64,000 nt of DNA from Octopus sinensis (Eukaryota): positions 13,826,001 through 13,890,000 of the forward strand of contig NC_043004.1 of NCBI RefSeq assembly GCF_006345805.1, given 5' to 3'. Each line of letters starts with the position of its first letter. Within the stretch, counting starts at the first letter, position 1. Positions 12,381 to 24,960 of this stretch are shown here, piece after piece. The notes beneath the pieces were generated by a model. That model did not search any database, was not told the DNA's origin, and worked only from the letters and a program-made list of their open reading frames with translations. A program made the translations under genes and the position numbers.

Positions 12381-12511
12381 TTACCTTCCACCCCTTAATA
12401 TAAAGTTATCCACATAAACTGCTCTCGTCACCATACATATGCTTTAGATAATTTATCAGATATGCTAACTTTTGATAATTTTTGTTAACTTGTGTTATGT
12501 ATATAACCATC

Positions 12512-12732
12512 TACGGGGGAGGGGTGCCGAAAAGTTCCTGGCTTTGGGTAAAAGAAAATACAGGAGGATCAGTTAAGTATTTTATTCAACATATTCTCCC
12601 TCTCAGATGCATACATTTATTGTAGCGATCCTTCAGTTTTTCTAAGCCCTGTAAATGAGCTCGGAAGTTGGGCATTCAACCAGGCCTTCTGCGTTACTCT
12701 TAAAGCCAAAACCTTTTTTGTACCCACCTCCA
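12512..12732. mobile_element. Mariner-like MITE; a solo terminal fragment of the same family lies at about 52352-52402
   Basis: Left end TACGGGGGAGGGGTGCCGAAAAGTTCCTGGCTTT; degenerate right end AAAGCCAAAACCTTTTTTGTACCC. The 52.4 kb fragment reads AAAGCCAGGAATTTTTCAGCATCCCCTAGTA. Confidence 0.6.
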
Positions 12733-13309
12733 CTTCGTATATTCTATATGCACAAATTTAAGGATTGTCCTCCTTTTTCTCTTTCGAGAAATATTCTCTT
12801 AATATTTTCGATCGAATATAAGATAGTGCCGGAGAAAGCCAAAACAAAATAATTTTGCAAATGTAAAACTTTTATTTCAGTACTTTCTGTATTTGGCTTC
12901 TTTTTTTTTCTTTTTTTTTCGACACTTCATTCTCATTATCGGTTTCTTCTCACTTTAATATCGCCAGAAAGATAAAGTTTGCATCCCTTAACGCCAGTGC
13001 CATACCTTGTTTCAAATACCATTTAATAATCTGGGGGCGTTCTCAGTTGGATGCAGATAACAAATTGCATTAGAGACTAATTAACCTGGCGACACACATA
13101 GACTCACAAACACTCCTTCACACGCACGCTCGCACGCACGCACACATGGGTTGTCAGATATATTCGTCCGTCTTTTTCTACTTTTGACATATGGCATTCC
13201 ATTGTCAATAAGCCTGAATTGAAGTAAAATTTATTCGAATTTCAGAAACGATAAGCGAATGTTGGAGACGAATAATAAAGCTTCAATAAAATAAATAAAT
13301 AAATAGATA

Positions 13310-13700
13310 GGCGCAAGAGTGGCTGTGTGGTAAGTAGCTTGTTTACCAACCACATGGTTCCGGGTTCAGTCCCACTGCGTGGCACCTGGGGCAAGTGTCT
13401 TCTACTATAGCCTCGGGCCGACCAAAGTCTTGTGAGTGGATTTGGTAGACGGAAACTGAAAGAAGCCCGTCGTATATATGTATATATATATATGCATGTG
13501 AGTGTGTTTGTGTGTCTGTGTTTGTCCCCCTAGCATTGCTTGACAACCGATGCTGGTGTGTTTATGTCCCCGTCACTTAGCGGTTCGGCAAAAGAAACCG
13601 ATAGAATAAGTACTGGGCTTACAAAGAATAAGTCCCGGGGTCGATTTGCTCGATTAAAAGCGGTGCTCCAGCATGACTGAAACAAGTCAAAAAAAAAAAA
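13310..13700 (+). mobile_element. Full-length tRNA-derived SINE (family A) with an internal (TA)/(TG) microsatellite
   Basis: Head GGCGCAAGAGTGGCTGTGTGGTAAG, B box GGTTCAGTCCC, tail GACTGAAACAAG. Confidence 0.9.
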
Positions 13701-14434
13701 GAGAGAGATAAATATGAATATATAGCAAAAAACATACGATGAATTAGCTAAGGATTCTGCAACGTAGGATCGAAGTGGCTTCGGGCTTCGGAGAATTAAC
13801 CTGACACCCCGTTTTGCTTTAACGGGAGAAAAGAAAAGTTGAGTGTTCTCCAGCAGACAATTAAACACATGCCAAGGCAGCGTGTTAACTTTATGAAAAG
13901 CAAAAATCGAAACCATCTGCTGCCGGAAAAATTCACAAAACAAGTTGACTATAACCGCAGGTGTTGTGTCCGATAGCAGAACAAGATAGAGGAAAAGATG
14001 AATGACACAAGCAGACGAAGATACTTTTGATCCTGGTACTGTATATTTAAATGCTATTATTCATATAACTTTATATGTGCTTCAAAATCTAGTTCCACAA
14101 CAGAATTATTTCACATTCTGTTGAAGGTTATAAATTCTTATGGCGTCAATATTACATACATATCTCTTTCTCTCTCTTTATATATTATAATTAAGATTCC
14201 GTTGAATTAGGTACTTAAATCGAGGCACCTTGTTAGGTCGGTATAATCCGCACACCCAAACAATATCAAGGTTGTTTGTACCTGTTATTCGTACCGTGTG
14301 TGCAGACAACGCAACCCAGCTAAGCGAAGTTATCAGCTCTTGGTAATTCAGGCATGCACTTTTTATAAAGGTACATTTCTGTAGTATTTCCGAAGTGCAG
14401 ATTCTTAGTTAGATGAATAAAATATAAATAAGTA

Positions 14435-15112
14435 ACAAAAATGTACAGGTGCCAATTCATTACACCCGTTTCAAGCGACTCTTTTAATTGATTAAAGAAA
14501 ACATTACATTTTCCCTGCGCATCAAATTAATACACATTGTTTGTTGTTCCCTTTCCTATCTTGTCTTTTATTTTGGGGATTTTTGTACGTTTTGTACTAT
14601 ATAAATAAATAACAAAAATGTGCAGGTGTCAATTCATTACACCCGTTTCAAGCGACTCTTTTAATTGATTAAAGAAAACATTACATCATATGAAAGAAAC
14701 CGTTCTCGTCAGATGGCCGCATAGACTTCAAACATAGAGGATACAAGCATTTCCTTAACATATTTACATCAATAATAGAACTCAAAATATTCAACACACA
14801 CACACACACACACGACAAAAGAAACAATGTAAATATTTTGAGCTCCATCATTGACGTGAATATGTTAAGGAAATGGTTATATCCTTTATGTTTGAAGTCT
14901 ATCCGGTCATCTGACGAGAAAGGTTTCTTTCAAATGATGTAATGCTTTCTTTAATCAATTAAAAGAGTCGCTTGAAACGGGTGTAATGAATTGACACCTG
15001 TACATTTTTGTTATTTATATAGTACAAAATGTACAAAAATTCCCAAAATAAAAGACAAGATAGGAAAGGGAACAACAAACAATGTGTATTAATTTGATGC
15101 GCAGGGAAAATG
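14435..15112. mobile_element. Penelope-like pseudo-LTR remnant: inverted repeat with a 177-bp partial tandem duplication and two degenerate hammerheads
   Basis: 14508-14790 mirrors 14835-15112, and 14435-14507 is repeated at 14612-14684. Plus strand TCAT-CTGACGA...GAAAC-GGGT-GTA-ATGA at 14907-14989. Confidence 0.6.
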
Positions 15113-15771
15113 GATAAGACTGACGTTTGGATTGTACGCTGTTCTACAGAAAGGAATGTGGAAAGACAACAACGGAGAGGTCAAAAAACGGAGAGGTCAA
15201 AAAACGGAGAGAGAAAAGAATCCTGTCTGGATTAAAGTTTTCACATGTTAAATCGAATATATTGTTGAATATATATATATATATATATATATTGTTTGGG
15301 GAGTGTTGAATATGTGTTGAATATATATATATATATATATATGAACGATTTTAAAACGGCTTGAATTAGAACGGCTTGTGAGTGGTAGCAAATATGATAA
15401 TGCTTTACGTACCTGGCACTGAATCAATCTAGAAGTGACCTCACCTTCCATCATTTTCAGGTGGCGAAGAATGCATTCCGGTGACAATAGTGCGTACAAT
15501 TGGCAAGGAGATTCTCAGGAGAAATGCTTGTCGTGCTCGTTATAGGACGGTCCATGACAGAAGGAAATCATGTACAAGGATGAGAGAGAGAATACCTAAG
15601 GTTCCCTGCCAACTTATTAATAATATGATTATGAAATTTATCATATTTCTTCTGTCAGCTTTCTTGAAATTTTTGATTGTCTGATTATTCTTGAAACTTG
15701 GCTAACTAGAGCCTGCAGGGCTGGATTGATAGTTTAACAGGGCCAATTAGACTATAGAATTGTCGACAAGT

Positions 15772-16095
15772 GAAGGCGCATGGTTTAGTGGTTAGGGTGT
15801 TCGGTTCAGGATCGTAAGGCCGTGAGTTCGGTCCCCGGTGGCACGTTGTGTTCTTGAGCGAGACACTTTATTTCAGGTTGCTCCAGTCCACCTCAGCTGG
15901 CAAAAAATATGAGCTGTACATGTAGATCAAAGGGCCATCTTGTCCAATTCTGTGTCATACCGAATCTTCCTAAAAACTATGTTAAGTGTACGAGTGTTTG
16001 TGGAGTGCTCAGCCACTTTCACGTTAATTTCACGAGCAGGCTCTCCTGCTGATCGGATCAACTTGAACACTTGTCATCGTATCTGACAGAGTACC
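15772..16095 (+). mobile_element. SINE family C
   Basis: GAAGGCGCATGGTTTAGTGGTTAGGG head and GTGAGTTCGGTCCCCGG B box. Confidence 0.8.
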
Positions 16096-16594
16096 AGCAA
16101 GAGTGATGCCAATAGTTCGCATCAATGTTATGCTACATATTGTCGACAACGTATCCGTACCCAAGGCAATTTCCGTAACAGTTCAATTCACTTAGATGTA
16201 AGTTCGAAGAAATCTCCTTTGTAAGCAGGCACAGTACTTTAGATGTAAGAAGAGTTTCTCTAGTAGGTTATACGACTCTATCATCGCCTCGACGAATGAG
16301 AGCTCAGTAAGACACAGCTCGATGGTTTGCCTTGTTATCTCATGTGGGAATCCAGGCTTATTCAGGACTTGCAGATCCGGTTGCAGACGTTGCAGTAAGG
16401 TCTCTCCGTCACTTGGGAGTAGATGGACCCAGCTCTTTCCTAGGCTTTTTTTCTATGTTCAGAGTGTTAACCTTGGCTCAAAGTCGGAGATGGCTTCGTA
16501 GCAAGTGATTCTCAACTGGGCTCTACAGACTTGCTTTCAAACTCTGTCTATCTGAGAGAGAAAAGAGATCTATCTCTTTCTCTCTCTCTTTCTA

Positions 16595-16664
<70 letters not shown>

Positions 16665-16714
16665 TTGATAGATAGTTAGCTATTTCTATGTCTATTTATC
16701 TATCTGTCTCTCTT

Positions 16715-16752
<38 letters not shown>

Positions 16753-17024
16753 GCGAGAGAGAGAGAGAGAGAGAAGGAGAGAGAGAGAAACAGACAGACT
16801 GACAGACAGACAGTGACAGATATTCACCACTCGCCTACTCTATATCATAATTTGAAAATGAAATCTTCATTGCTCTTCCCGAGACCAGATGGTTTACGGA
16901 ACTTACAACACAAGAACGATAACTTTTAGAAAGACATCAACCGCATGCACTCTCAACCAATGGATACAGAGTAAAGTACATATTATCAAATGCCAGCAGC
17001 TTCTGGGCCACTATTGTTGCAGAC

Positions 17025-17288
17025 ATGGGTGTGTGTGTGGTTAAGAAGATCATTTTGCAACAGCGTGATCTCGAGTTTACCTTCGCTGCATGGCACCTTG
17101 GGCAAGTGTCTTCTACTATAGATCCACCCGGGTAACCAATGCCTTGATAGGGAATTTGGTAGACGGAAACTGTGGGAAAGCTCGTCGTTGATATATCTAT
17201 ATATGTACACATATACAAATATATATATATATATACACACATATTTATACATGAATTTATATATATACACACACGTATACATATACAC

Positions 17289-17341
<53 letters not shown>

Positions 17342-17353
17342 TATCTATCTATC

Positions 17354-17385
<32 letters not shown>

Positions 17386-17720
17386 CATACATATTTATAT
17401 AGTGTGTGTGTATGTGTGTGCGTGAGTCAGTGTGTGTATGTGTGTGTGTGTGAGAAGGAGCGTGTTGCATTCACAATCGCTTGAATGTGGGTTCGATTTC
17501 AAGACCGAGAGGTGCATTGTGTTCTTGAGCAAGACACTTTATTTCACGTTGCTCCAGTTCACTCATCTGTTCAAGGATAACCATGTGACGACTAGTTTTC
17601 CGATCAGGCTTTCATGTTGGCCTGTTCTCTTGGCCAGAGGGGTAACATCATTCGAAAGCTAAAACAATGCAAGCCCGTTTGTGACGAGCGATGTATAACA
17701 TCAGATAATTTGATCGATCA
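17025..17720 (+). mobile_element. Degenerate SINE family A (17025-17190) and family C (17450-17720) copies separated by microsatellites
   Basis: GCATGGCACCTTGGGCAAGTGTCTTCTACTATAG and GTGTTCTTGAGCAAGACACTTTATTTCACG motifs. Confidence 0.7.
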
Positions 17721-17771
17721 CAGGATACATACATACATACATACAACATACATACATACATACATACATAG

Positions 17772-17817
<46 letters not shown>

Positions 17818-17869
17818 ATACTTGTTCAATGTCCTCGCGCTGTAATGTTTTTTCTCTTGTTCATGTTTG

Positions 17870-17887
17870 GATTATAATTATAATATA

Positions 17888-17926
<39 letters not shown>

Positions 17927-17930
17927 ACAC

Positions 17931-17962
<32 letters not shown>

Positions 17963-18235
17963 ATAAACATATATATACATATATATACACATATATAACA
18001 CTATATACATATATATATACACATATATATACATATATATATACATATATATACACATATATATACATATATATATATACACATATATATACATATATAT
18101 ATATACACATATATATACATATATATATATACACATATATATACATATATATATATATACATATTTTTACTTATATATATACACACATATATATATATAT
18201 ACACATATATATACATATATATATATACATATAAA
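17870..18235. repeat. (TA)n/(TACA)n compound microsatellite
   Basis: Direct reading. Confidence 0.95.
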
Positions 18236-18338
18236 GTTAATCCAAACAAGAAAACAAAAAAAAAACAAAAACAACAACGCAAGGATGTGGAACAAATAAA
18301 GTATTATTGGACGCTCAGGAGAGAAGGGAAGAAGGAGG

Positions 18339-18373
18339 GCTTGACGTTTCGAGCGGAGCTCTTCGCCGGAAAC
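18339..18373 (-). ncRNA. Possible degenerate minimal hammerhead
   Basis: Minus strand: GTTT-CCGGCGA-A-GAGC TCC GCTC-GAAAC-GTC-AAGC; the core deviates from CTGANGA at two positions. Confidence 0.35.
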
Positions 18374-20073
18374 ATAGGAGAAAGAAACAACCCAAGACGG
18401 GAGGGCAGAGGAAAAAAAATAGCAGGTAGTCTACACGAGGTCACATACTAAAAGGACGGAAGTGGTCAAAAGGAAGGAAAAGTGTTTTTTAAAAACAAAA
18501 GAGCTGAATCAGAGAAGGAATGGTAAAAAAAGGTGTGCGAGATGACAAGGGTGTGTGCGTGTGTGTGTTTGTGTGTGTATGGTGGACGATGGCTAGTAGT
18601 AGCAAGCAGCAGCAGGCAGAAGGGAAATATATATATACACATATATATACATATATATATATATATATAATATACATATATATACACATATATATACATA
18701 TATATACATATATATACGTATACCCGCCCCCCACACATATATGTATGCATACATTTCTGTGTGTGTTTGTCTTTATGTTTTTACTTCTCCACAATCGCTT
18801 GACAACAGGTGTTCGTTTATTAACGTCATAGTAGCCGAGCGGTTCGGCAAAAGAAACCAATAAAATAAATACTAGACTCTAAAATAATTTACCGAAGTTG
18901 ATTTGTTCGACCAAGCCCTTTCGAGGTGGTGCTCTTGCATGGCCACAGTCCAAATACTAAAACAAGTAAAATATTCTAACCATTCAACAGAGTTATTTAG
19001 CCATGGGTTTGTTATTCTGATTGCTATATAAAATATCTACTATAATAATTTCATTCAAGCTTTATAGAACATTAAATCAAACCAGTACTTGATTACTACT
19101 TTTTATCGACCAAGACAAGATGAAATGTAAATTCGACCGTGGCAGGATTTGAACTCACAGTGTAATGAACCATATCTTCATACTGCAAACGTTTTATCCA
19201 ATAGTTTAACGAGTTTTATCAGTCCCCCCTGCTTGTATTTTTGGGAGATCACGTTCATAGCATGATTTTGTTTTCTGTATAACAACAACTAAAAATGTGA
19301 AATGAAACAGAACCATATGAATCGATAGCGTGTCTCCAGCTTGGCTGACAGGAAGACTAATTTCTCATGTTTTTCTTCTATAAAATAGATATTGACTACT
19401 CACACACAAACACACACACACATACACAAACATGCACACACACACACAAACACACACATACACACACACACACTCGTATCACTCTTACACATGTATTGGT
19501 GATGAATAGTCAAGATACCCTGTACCATCCAATTCTTCTTTGCTCTGTGTTTCTCATTTCAAATTCTACCAATCTGATTGGTTGTTAATTGATTATCAGG
19601 CATAACTTGGGCAGTTAAGAGTGGTTCGCTTCGTAGATACATGGTTTTGAGTTCCATCGGACTTCATGGCCTTTTGAATAGGTGTCTATAACCATAAGCT
19701 CGAGTTGACCAGTTTTGTAAGTAAAATTTCATAGATGGAAACTGTGTGGAAGGTCATCAGCGTGATCCGTTGTGGTTCTTGGTTCGTAAATTTAAACCGT
19801 TTCTTAGCCTGACACCACCATTAGGTCCCTGGATGCCTTTGGCGTAACTCGCTAAGCTGCAAAACTTCAGGCCGGGTCTCATTTCAGAAGAGAACTTCCT
19901 CTTGTCAGTCTTGAAAACATTGACAACAGTCATGTATGTTGCTCTCCCTTATTTGAATAAGCCATAAAAATTAAATACTAAAATACTTAATGTTGTCATC
20001 GGTTGGAAAAAATAAAACTAATGCAAAAAATTGAAGGCAAGCGAAATGGATAGGACGCATGTCCTTCTTTCTA

Positions 20074-20105
<32 letters not shown>

Positions 20106-20394
20106 TTAAACTAGAGAAACTATGTCGAGGGGTAAATGATAAGAAAGAAAATCTATATTCATTGTGTAGCATCATGTGACTGGAGACTCGAATGTTGTGG
20201 GAGAAGCGTGATGTCGGAAGAAATAAAATACGTAAAAAAGACAAAGAGCACGAGATGAAGCCGAGTAAAAGGCACAGGAGTTAAGAAGAAAGGTATATAA
20301 ACAACTAGCATAGTTTTCTATGTGTGTGATCTCAAGATATAACTTTATATTTTGTAATATATGTATATATATATATATATTATATATATAGTGG

Positions 20395-20679
20395 ATGTAA
20401 AATGCATTTGATATGGCTAACCCTAAGGATGGATGCTACTGTAGTTTTTAGCCCCAGGAGACATCTCCTCCAGCTGGCTATAGACACACTTTCTGTGCCC
20501 TATCAGTATTTGCAATACTGATAGGGCACAGAAATTGTGTCTATAGCCAGCTGGAGGAGATCTCTTCCTGGGGCTAAAAACTACAGTAGCATCCACCCTT
20601 AGGGGTTAGCCATATTCAAATGGCAATTTACATCACGATGTGTTTCTGCTACTGTTGATAACTCACTCTGATATTTATC

Positions 20680-20690
<11 letters not shown>
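20395..20690. mobile_element. Palindromic element of the same family as 35.4-35.9 kb, truncated so that it lacks the hammerhead
   Basis: GGATGCTACTGTAGTTT..AGCCCCAGG...CAGCTGGCTATAGACAC is mirrored about an apex at 20511-20513. Confidence 0.8.
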
Positions 20691-20727
<37 letters not shown>

Positions 20728-20761
20728 ATAATATATATATATACATCCATATACATACATA

Positions 20762-20980
20762 CAGAGATGTTTTTGTTTCACTTTTAACACGTAATACTGA
20801 AATAGTGGAGAAGATATTATATTGCTATGGGCTCGCTCTAGGCAGAAGTTAAACATTTTTTTTGCCCATGACACTACATGGACCCTAAGTAAGGCTGTGT
20901 AAAATTTGAATGAAATTGGGTTGTGTTTCTCAAGTTTTAGGGAACACACAGACAGACACACATTCTCAGTTTTATATAGA
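20762..20980 (-). mobile_element. Truncated non-autonomous Helitron-like element (5' part)
   Basis: AAAATTTGAATGAAATTGG...ACACACAGACAGACACACATTCTCAGTTTTATATAGA|T, the same terminal architecture as 122-503. Confidence 0.5.
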
Positions 20981-21189
20981 TAGGAGATGATAAGTCATAG
21001 AGAGAGAGATAAAGAGGAAATGCACTGGTTAAAGCGGCCAAAACATGGGATTAGTAAAAGTTCATCGGGAAGATAAAAATAAAATGTTGGTAAAATATGG
21101 AGAACTGGAATGTTAGCCGTGGTACGGGGAATAGAGGTAGTAAGCTTAATAATCTATAACGGAAGGTAGAAAACTGAATATAAATGCAC

Positions 21190-22990
21190 ACACATACACA
21201 CACACACACACACACACCACATCCACATAGCTAAACGGTGCGCTTCTTTCAGTTTAAAAAAATAAGTAAATGCGCCTTTTAAAGCCTAGCCGGGCTCATG
21301 AGCCCGGTTTCCCGTTTCAATGGCGTATTGTTTCCCCAGCTGGACGGGGAAGGCCAGTCCACGCAGCGTTACTCATTTTTGCCAGCTGAGTGAACTGGAG
21401 CAACGTGAAATGAAGTGTTTTAACTCAAGAACAACAACCGTCGGCGCCGGTCCAGGAATCGAAACCACAATCTTACGATCATGATGCTGACGCCCTAATC
21501 ACTAAGCCACGCACCCCCCTTCTTTCATTTGTCTACCATATATACACACACAAGATACCATATTGTATGTGTGTGAGGGGCTTCCAACACATTTTCTATC
21601 CACTAAATTTACCAACACGGTGTTGGTCGGCCCGGGGAATGTAGCAGAAGACATCACCCAAGGTGCCGCACAGGGGGAACTGAACCCGCAACCAGGTGTT
21701 GCAAAGAGAGCCTTTTATCTATACCGCTATACCTGTACTTGTTTGAATACATTTTTTGTATGCATGAAAACACACACATACACACACACACACACAACAC
21801 ACACACACACACACATCCACATAGCTAAACGGTGCGCTTCTTTCAGTTTAAAAAATAGTAAATGCGCCCTTTTAAAGCCTAGCCGGGCTCATGAGCCCGG
21901 TTTCCCGGTTTCAATGGCGTATGTGTTCCCCAGCTGGACGGGACGCCAGTCCATCGCAGCGTTACTCATTTTTGCCAGCTGAGTGAACTGGAGCAACGTG
22001 AAATGAAGTGTTTTACTCAAGAACACAACGCGTCGCCCGGTCCAGGAATCGAAACCACAATCTTACGATCATGATGCTGACGCCCTAATCACTAAGCCAC
22101 GCACCACCACTTCTTTCAGTTTGTCTACCATATATACACACACAAGCATACCATATTTGTATGTGTGTGAGGGGCTTCCACACAGTTTCTATCCACTAAA
22201 TTTACCAACACGGTGTTGGTCGGCCCGGGGATGTAGCAGAAGACAATCACCCAAGGTGCCGCACAGTGGGAACTGAACCCGCAACCAGGTGGTTGCAAAG
22301 AGAGCCTTTTATCTATACCGCTATACCTGTACTTGTTTGAATACATTTTTTGTATGCATGAAAACACACACATACACACACACACACACAACACACACAC
22401 ACACACACATCCACATAGCTAAACGGTGCGCTTCTTTCAGTTTAAAAAATAGTAAATGCGCCCTTTTAAAGCCTAGCCGGGCTCATGAGCCCGGTTTCCC
22501 GGTTTCAATGGCGTATGTGTTCCCCAGCTGGACGGGACGCCAGTCCATCGCAGCGTTACTCATTTTTGCCAGCTGAGTGAACTGGAGCAACGTGAAATGA
22601 AGTGTTTTACTCAAGAACACAACGCGTCGCCCGGTCCAGGAATCGAAACCACAATCTTACGATCATGATGCTGACGCCCTAATCACTAAGCCACGCACCA
22701 CCACTTCTTTCAGTTTGTCTACCATATATACACACACAAGCATACCATATTTGTATGTGTGTGAGGGGCTTCCACACAGTTTCTATCCACTAAATTTACC
22801 AACACGGTGTTGGTCGGCCCGGGGATGTAGCAGAAGACAATCACCCAAGGTGCCGCACAGTGGGAACTGAACCCGCAACCAGGTGGTTGCAAAGAGAGCC
22901 TTTTATCTATACCGCTATACCTGTACTTGTGTGAATACATTTTTTGTATGCATGAAAACACACACATACACCACACACCACACACCACAC
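21190..22990. repeat. Three tandem copies of an approximately 594-bp unit made of SINE C and SINE A fragments plus (CA)n
   Basis: Near-identical ORFs offset by 594 bp (22125/22719, 22289/22883); the first copy carries many small indels. Confidence 0.9.
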
Positions 22991-23619
22991 ACACACACAC
23001 ACTCTCATAGATATTATGGACATGTGCGAGAGTGTATATTACGCATGTGTATGTATATGTGTGCGTGTATATTTGTATATGTATGCTTATTTATATACAT
23101 TGTCTATACATGCATATGAATAACTTCATGCTGTTGTATTTTAGAGTCTCTATCTCTCTCTCTCTCTCTCTCTCTGCCTGTCTATCTCTGTTTCTATTTG
23201 TCTCGCTGTCTCTCTCTCTCTCTGTTTCTTTCTCTCTTTCTCTTCCCGCTCTCTCTCCGCTCTCTCTCCGCTCTCTTCCCCCCCCCCTCTATCTCTCTGA
23301 AGCTTAGGAAGAAAATTATTAAATGTCATATAACATTGCCCAAGTAAGCAAAGTTGTTCAAATTTAATTATACATTAACCCACCAAATGATACTTTGAAA
23401 TTTGGCCAGAGTTATCTGAGGCTTCCTCATGCTGTGGTTAATTGTAACCAGCATATCGGTCTAATATTGCTACATAGCTTATCAAATCAGATACAGGAGA
23501 GCGACAAAACTAATAAAAATCATTGTAGATTTACACTAAAGCAGATAATATTAAATAACTATTATGTGTCGCCATCTCTCTACAAACAACTAAAATGATT
23601 CTCGTTATTCTTTTCTACT

Positions 23620-24960
23620 CTAGTCACAAGGCCCGAAATTTTGGGGGAGTGAGGGGGGGGGGCAGTCGATTAGCTCGATCTTAGTACGCAACTGGTGCTT
23701 AATTTATCGACCCTGAAAGGATGAATGGCAAAGTCTACCTCGGCAGAATTTTGAACTCAGAACGTAAAGACAGGCGATAAATGATTATCACTATTGAAAG
23801 AATACAAAGGCGGCGATCTGGCAGAAACGTTAGCACGCCGGGCGAAATTCTTAGCAGTATTTCGTCTGCCGTTACGTTCTGAGTTCAAAATCCGCCAAGG
23901 TCGACTTTGCCTTTCATCCTTTCGGGGTCGATTAAATAAGTACCAGTTACGCACTGGGGTCGATATAATCGACTTAATCCGTGTGTCTATCCTTGTTTCT
24001 CCTCTCTATGTTTAGCCCCTTGTGAGTAATAAAGAAATAGGTATTTCGTCTGCCGCTACGTTCTGAGTTCAAATTCCGCCGAGGTTGACTTTGCCTTTCA
24101 TCCTTTCGGGGTCAATAAACTAAGTACCCGTTACGAACTGGAGTCGATATAATCGACTTAATCCGTTTGTCTGTCCTTGTTTGTCCTCTCTGTGTTTACT
24201 ACCCTTGTGGGTAGTAAACAAATAGGTATTTCGTCTGCCGTTACGTTTTGAGTTCAAATTCCACCGAAGTCGACTTTGCCTTTCATCCTTTCACGATCGA
24301 TAAATTAAGTACCAGTTGCGTACTGGGGTCGATCTGATCGACTGGCTGCCTATCACCAAATTTCAGGCTTTGTGCCTATAGTAGAAAGGTTTATTAAAGT
24401 AATACAGAAGGCTACGAGCTGGCAGAATCGTTAACACGTTGGATGAAATGCTTAGCGATATTTCGTCTGCCGCTATGTTCTGAGTTCAAATTCCACCGAG
24501 ATAGATTTTGCTTTCATTCTTTCGGGGTTGATAAATTCAGTACCAGTGAAGTACGGGGTCGATGTAATCGACTCAGCCCCTCTCCCAAATTTCAGGCCTT
24601 GAGCCTATAGTAGAAAGGATTATTAAAGGAATACAGAAGGCGATGAGCAGGCAGAATTTTAAAGCACGCCGGTCAAATTGCTTTACGGCATTTCGTCCCT
24701 CATCACATTCTGAGTTCAAATTCTGAGGAAGCCTTTCATCAATTCGGGGTCGATAAAATAAATAACAACCAAGTGCTAGAGTCGATGAAAGCGACTATAT
24801 CCCTTTCCCCCAAATTTCAGGTCTTGTGCCTACAGCAGAAAGGACTATTAAAGGAATATAGAAGGTGGCGAGCTGGCAGAGTCGTTACCAAACCGGCCAA
24901 AATGCTTAGCGCATTTCGTCCGTCCATTTTGGTTTTGGGCCAAAATTTAAAACCATTATT
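23620..24960 (+). mobile_element. SINE family B cluster including a trimer at 23806-24393 (23620-23770 is on the minus strand)
   Basis: Repeated bodies joined at AAATAG|GTATTTCGTC (24040/41, 24225/26). Confidence 0.85.

Noticed and set aside
13310-13385. tRNA-like A and B boxes here and at other SINE heads
   Set aside because: They are SINE heads continuing into SINE bodies; no cloverleaf with a proper acceptor stem, so not called tRNA genes.
15420-15720. Possible LINE C-terminal zinc-knuckle remnant (SPENLLANCTHYC)
   Set aside because: A single short motif without supporting flanking similarity.
23806-24960. Regularly spaced repeats that could suggest a CRISPR-like array
   Set aside because: Units are about 190-bp SINE bodies without unique spacers, in eukaryotic DNA with no cas genes.
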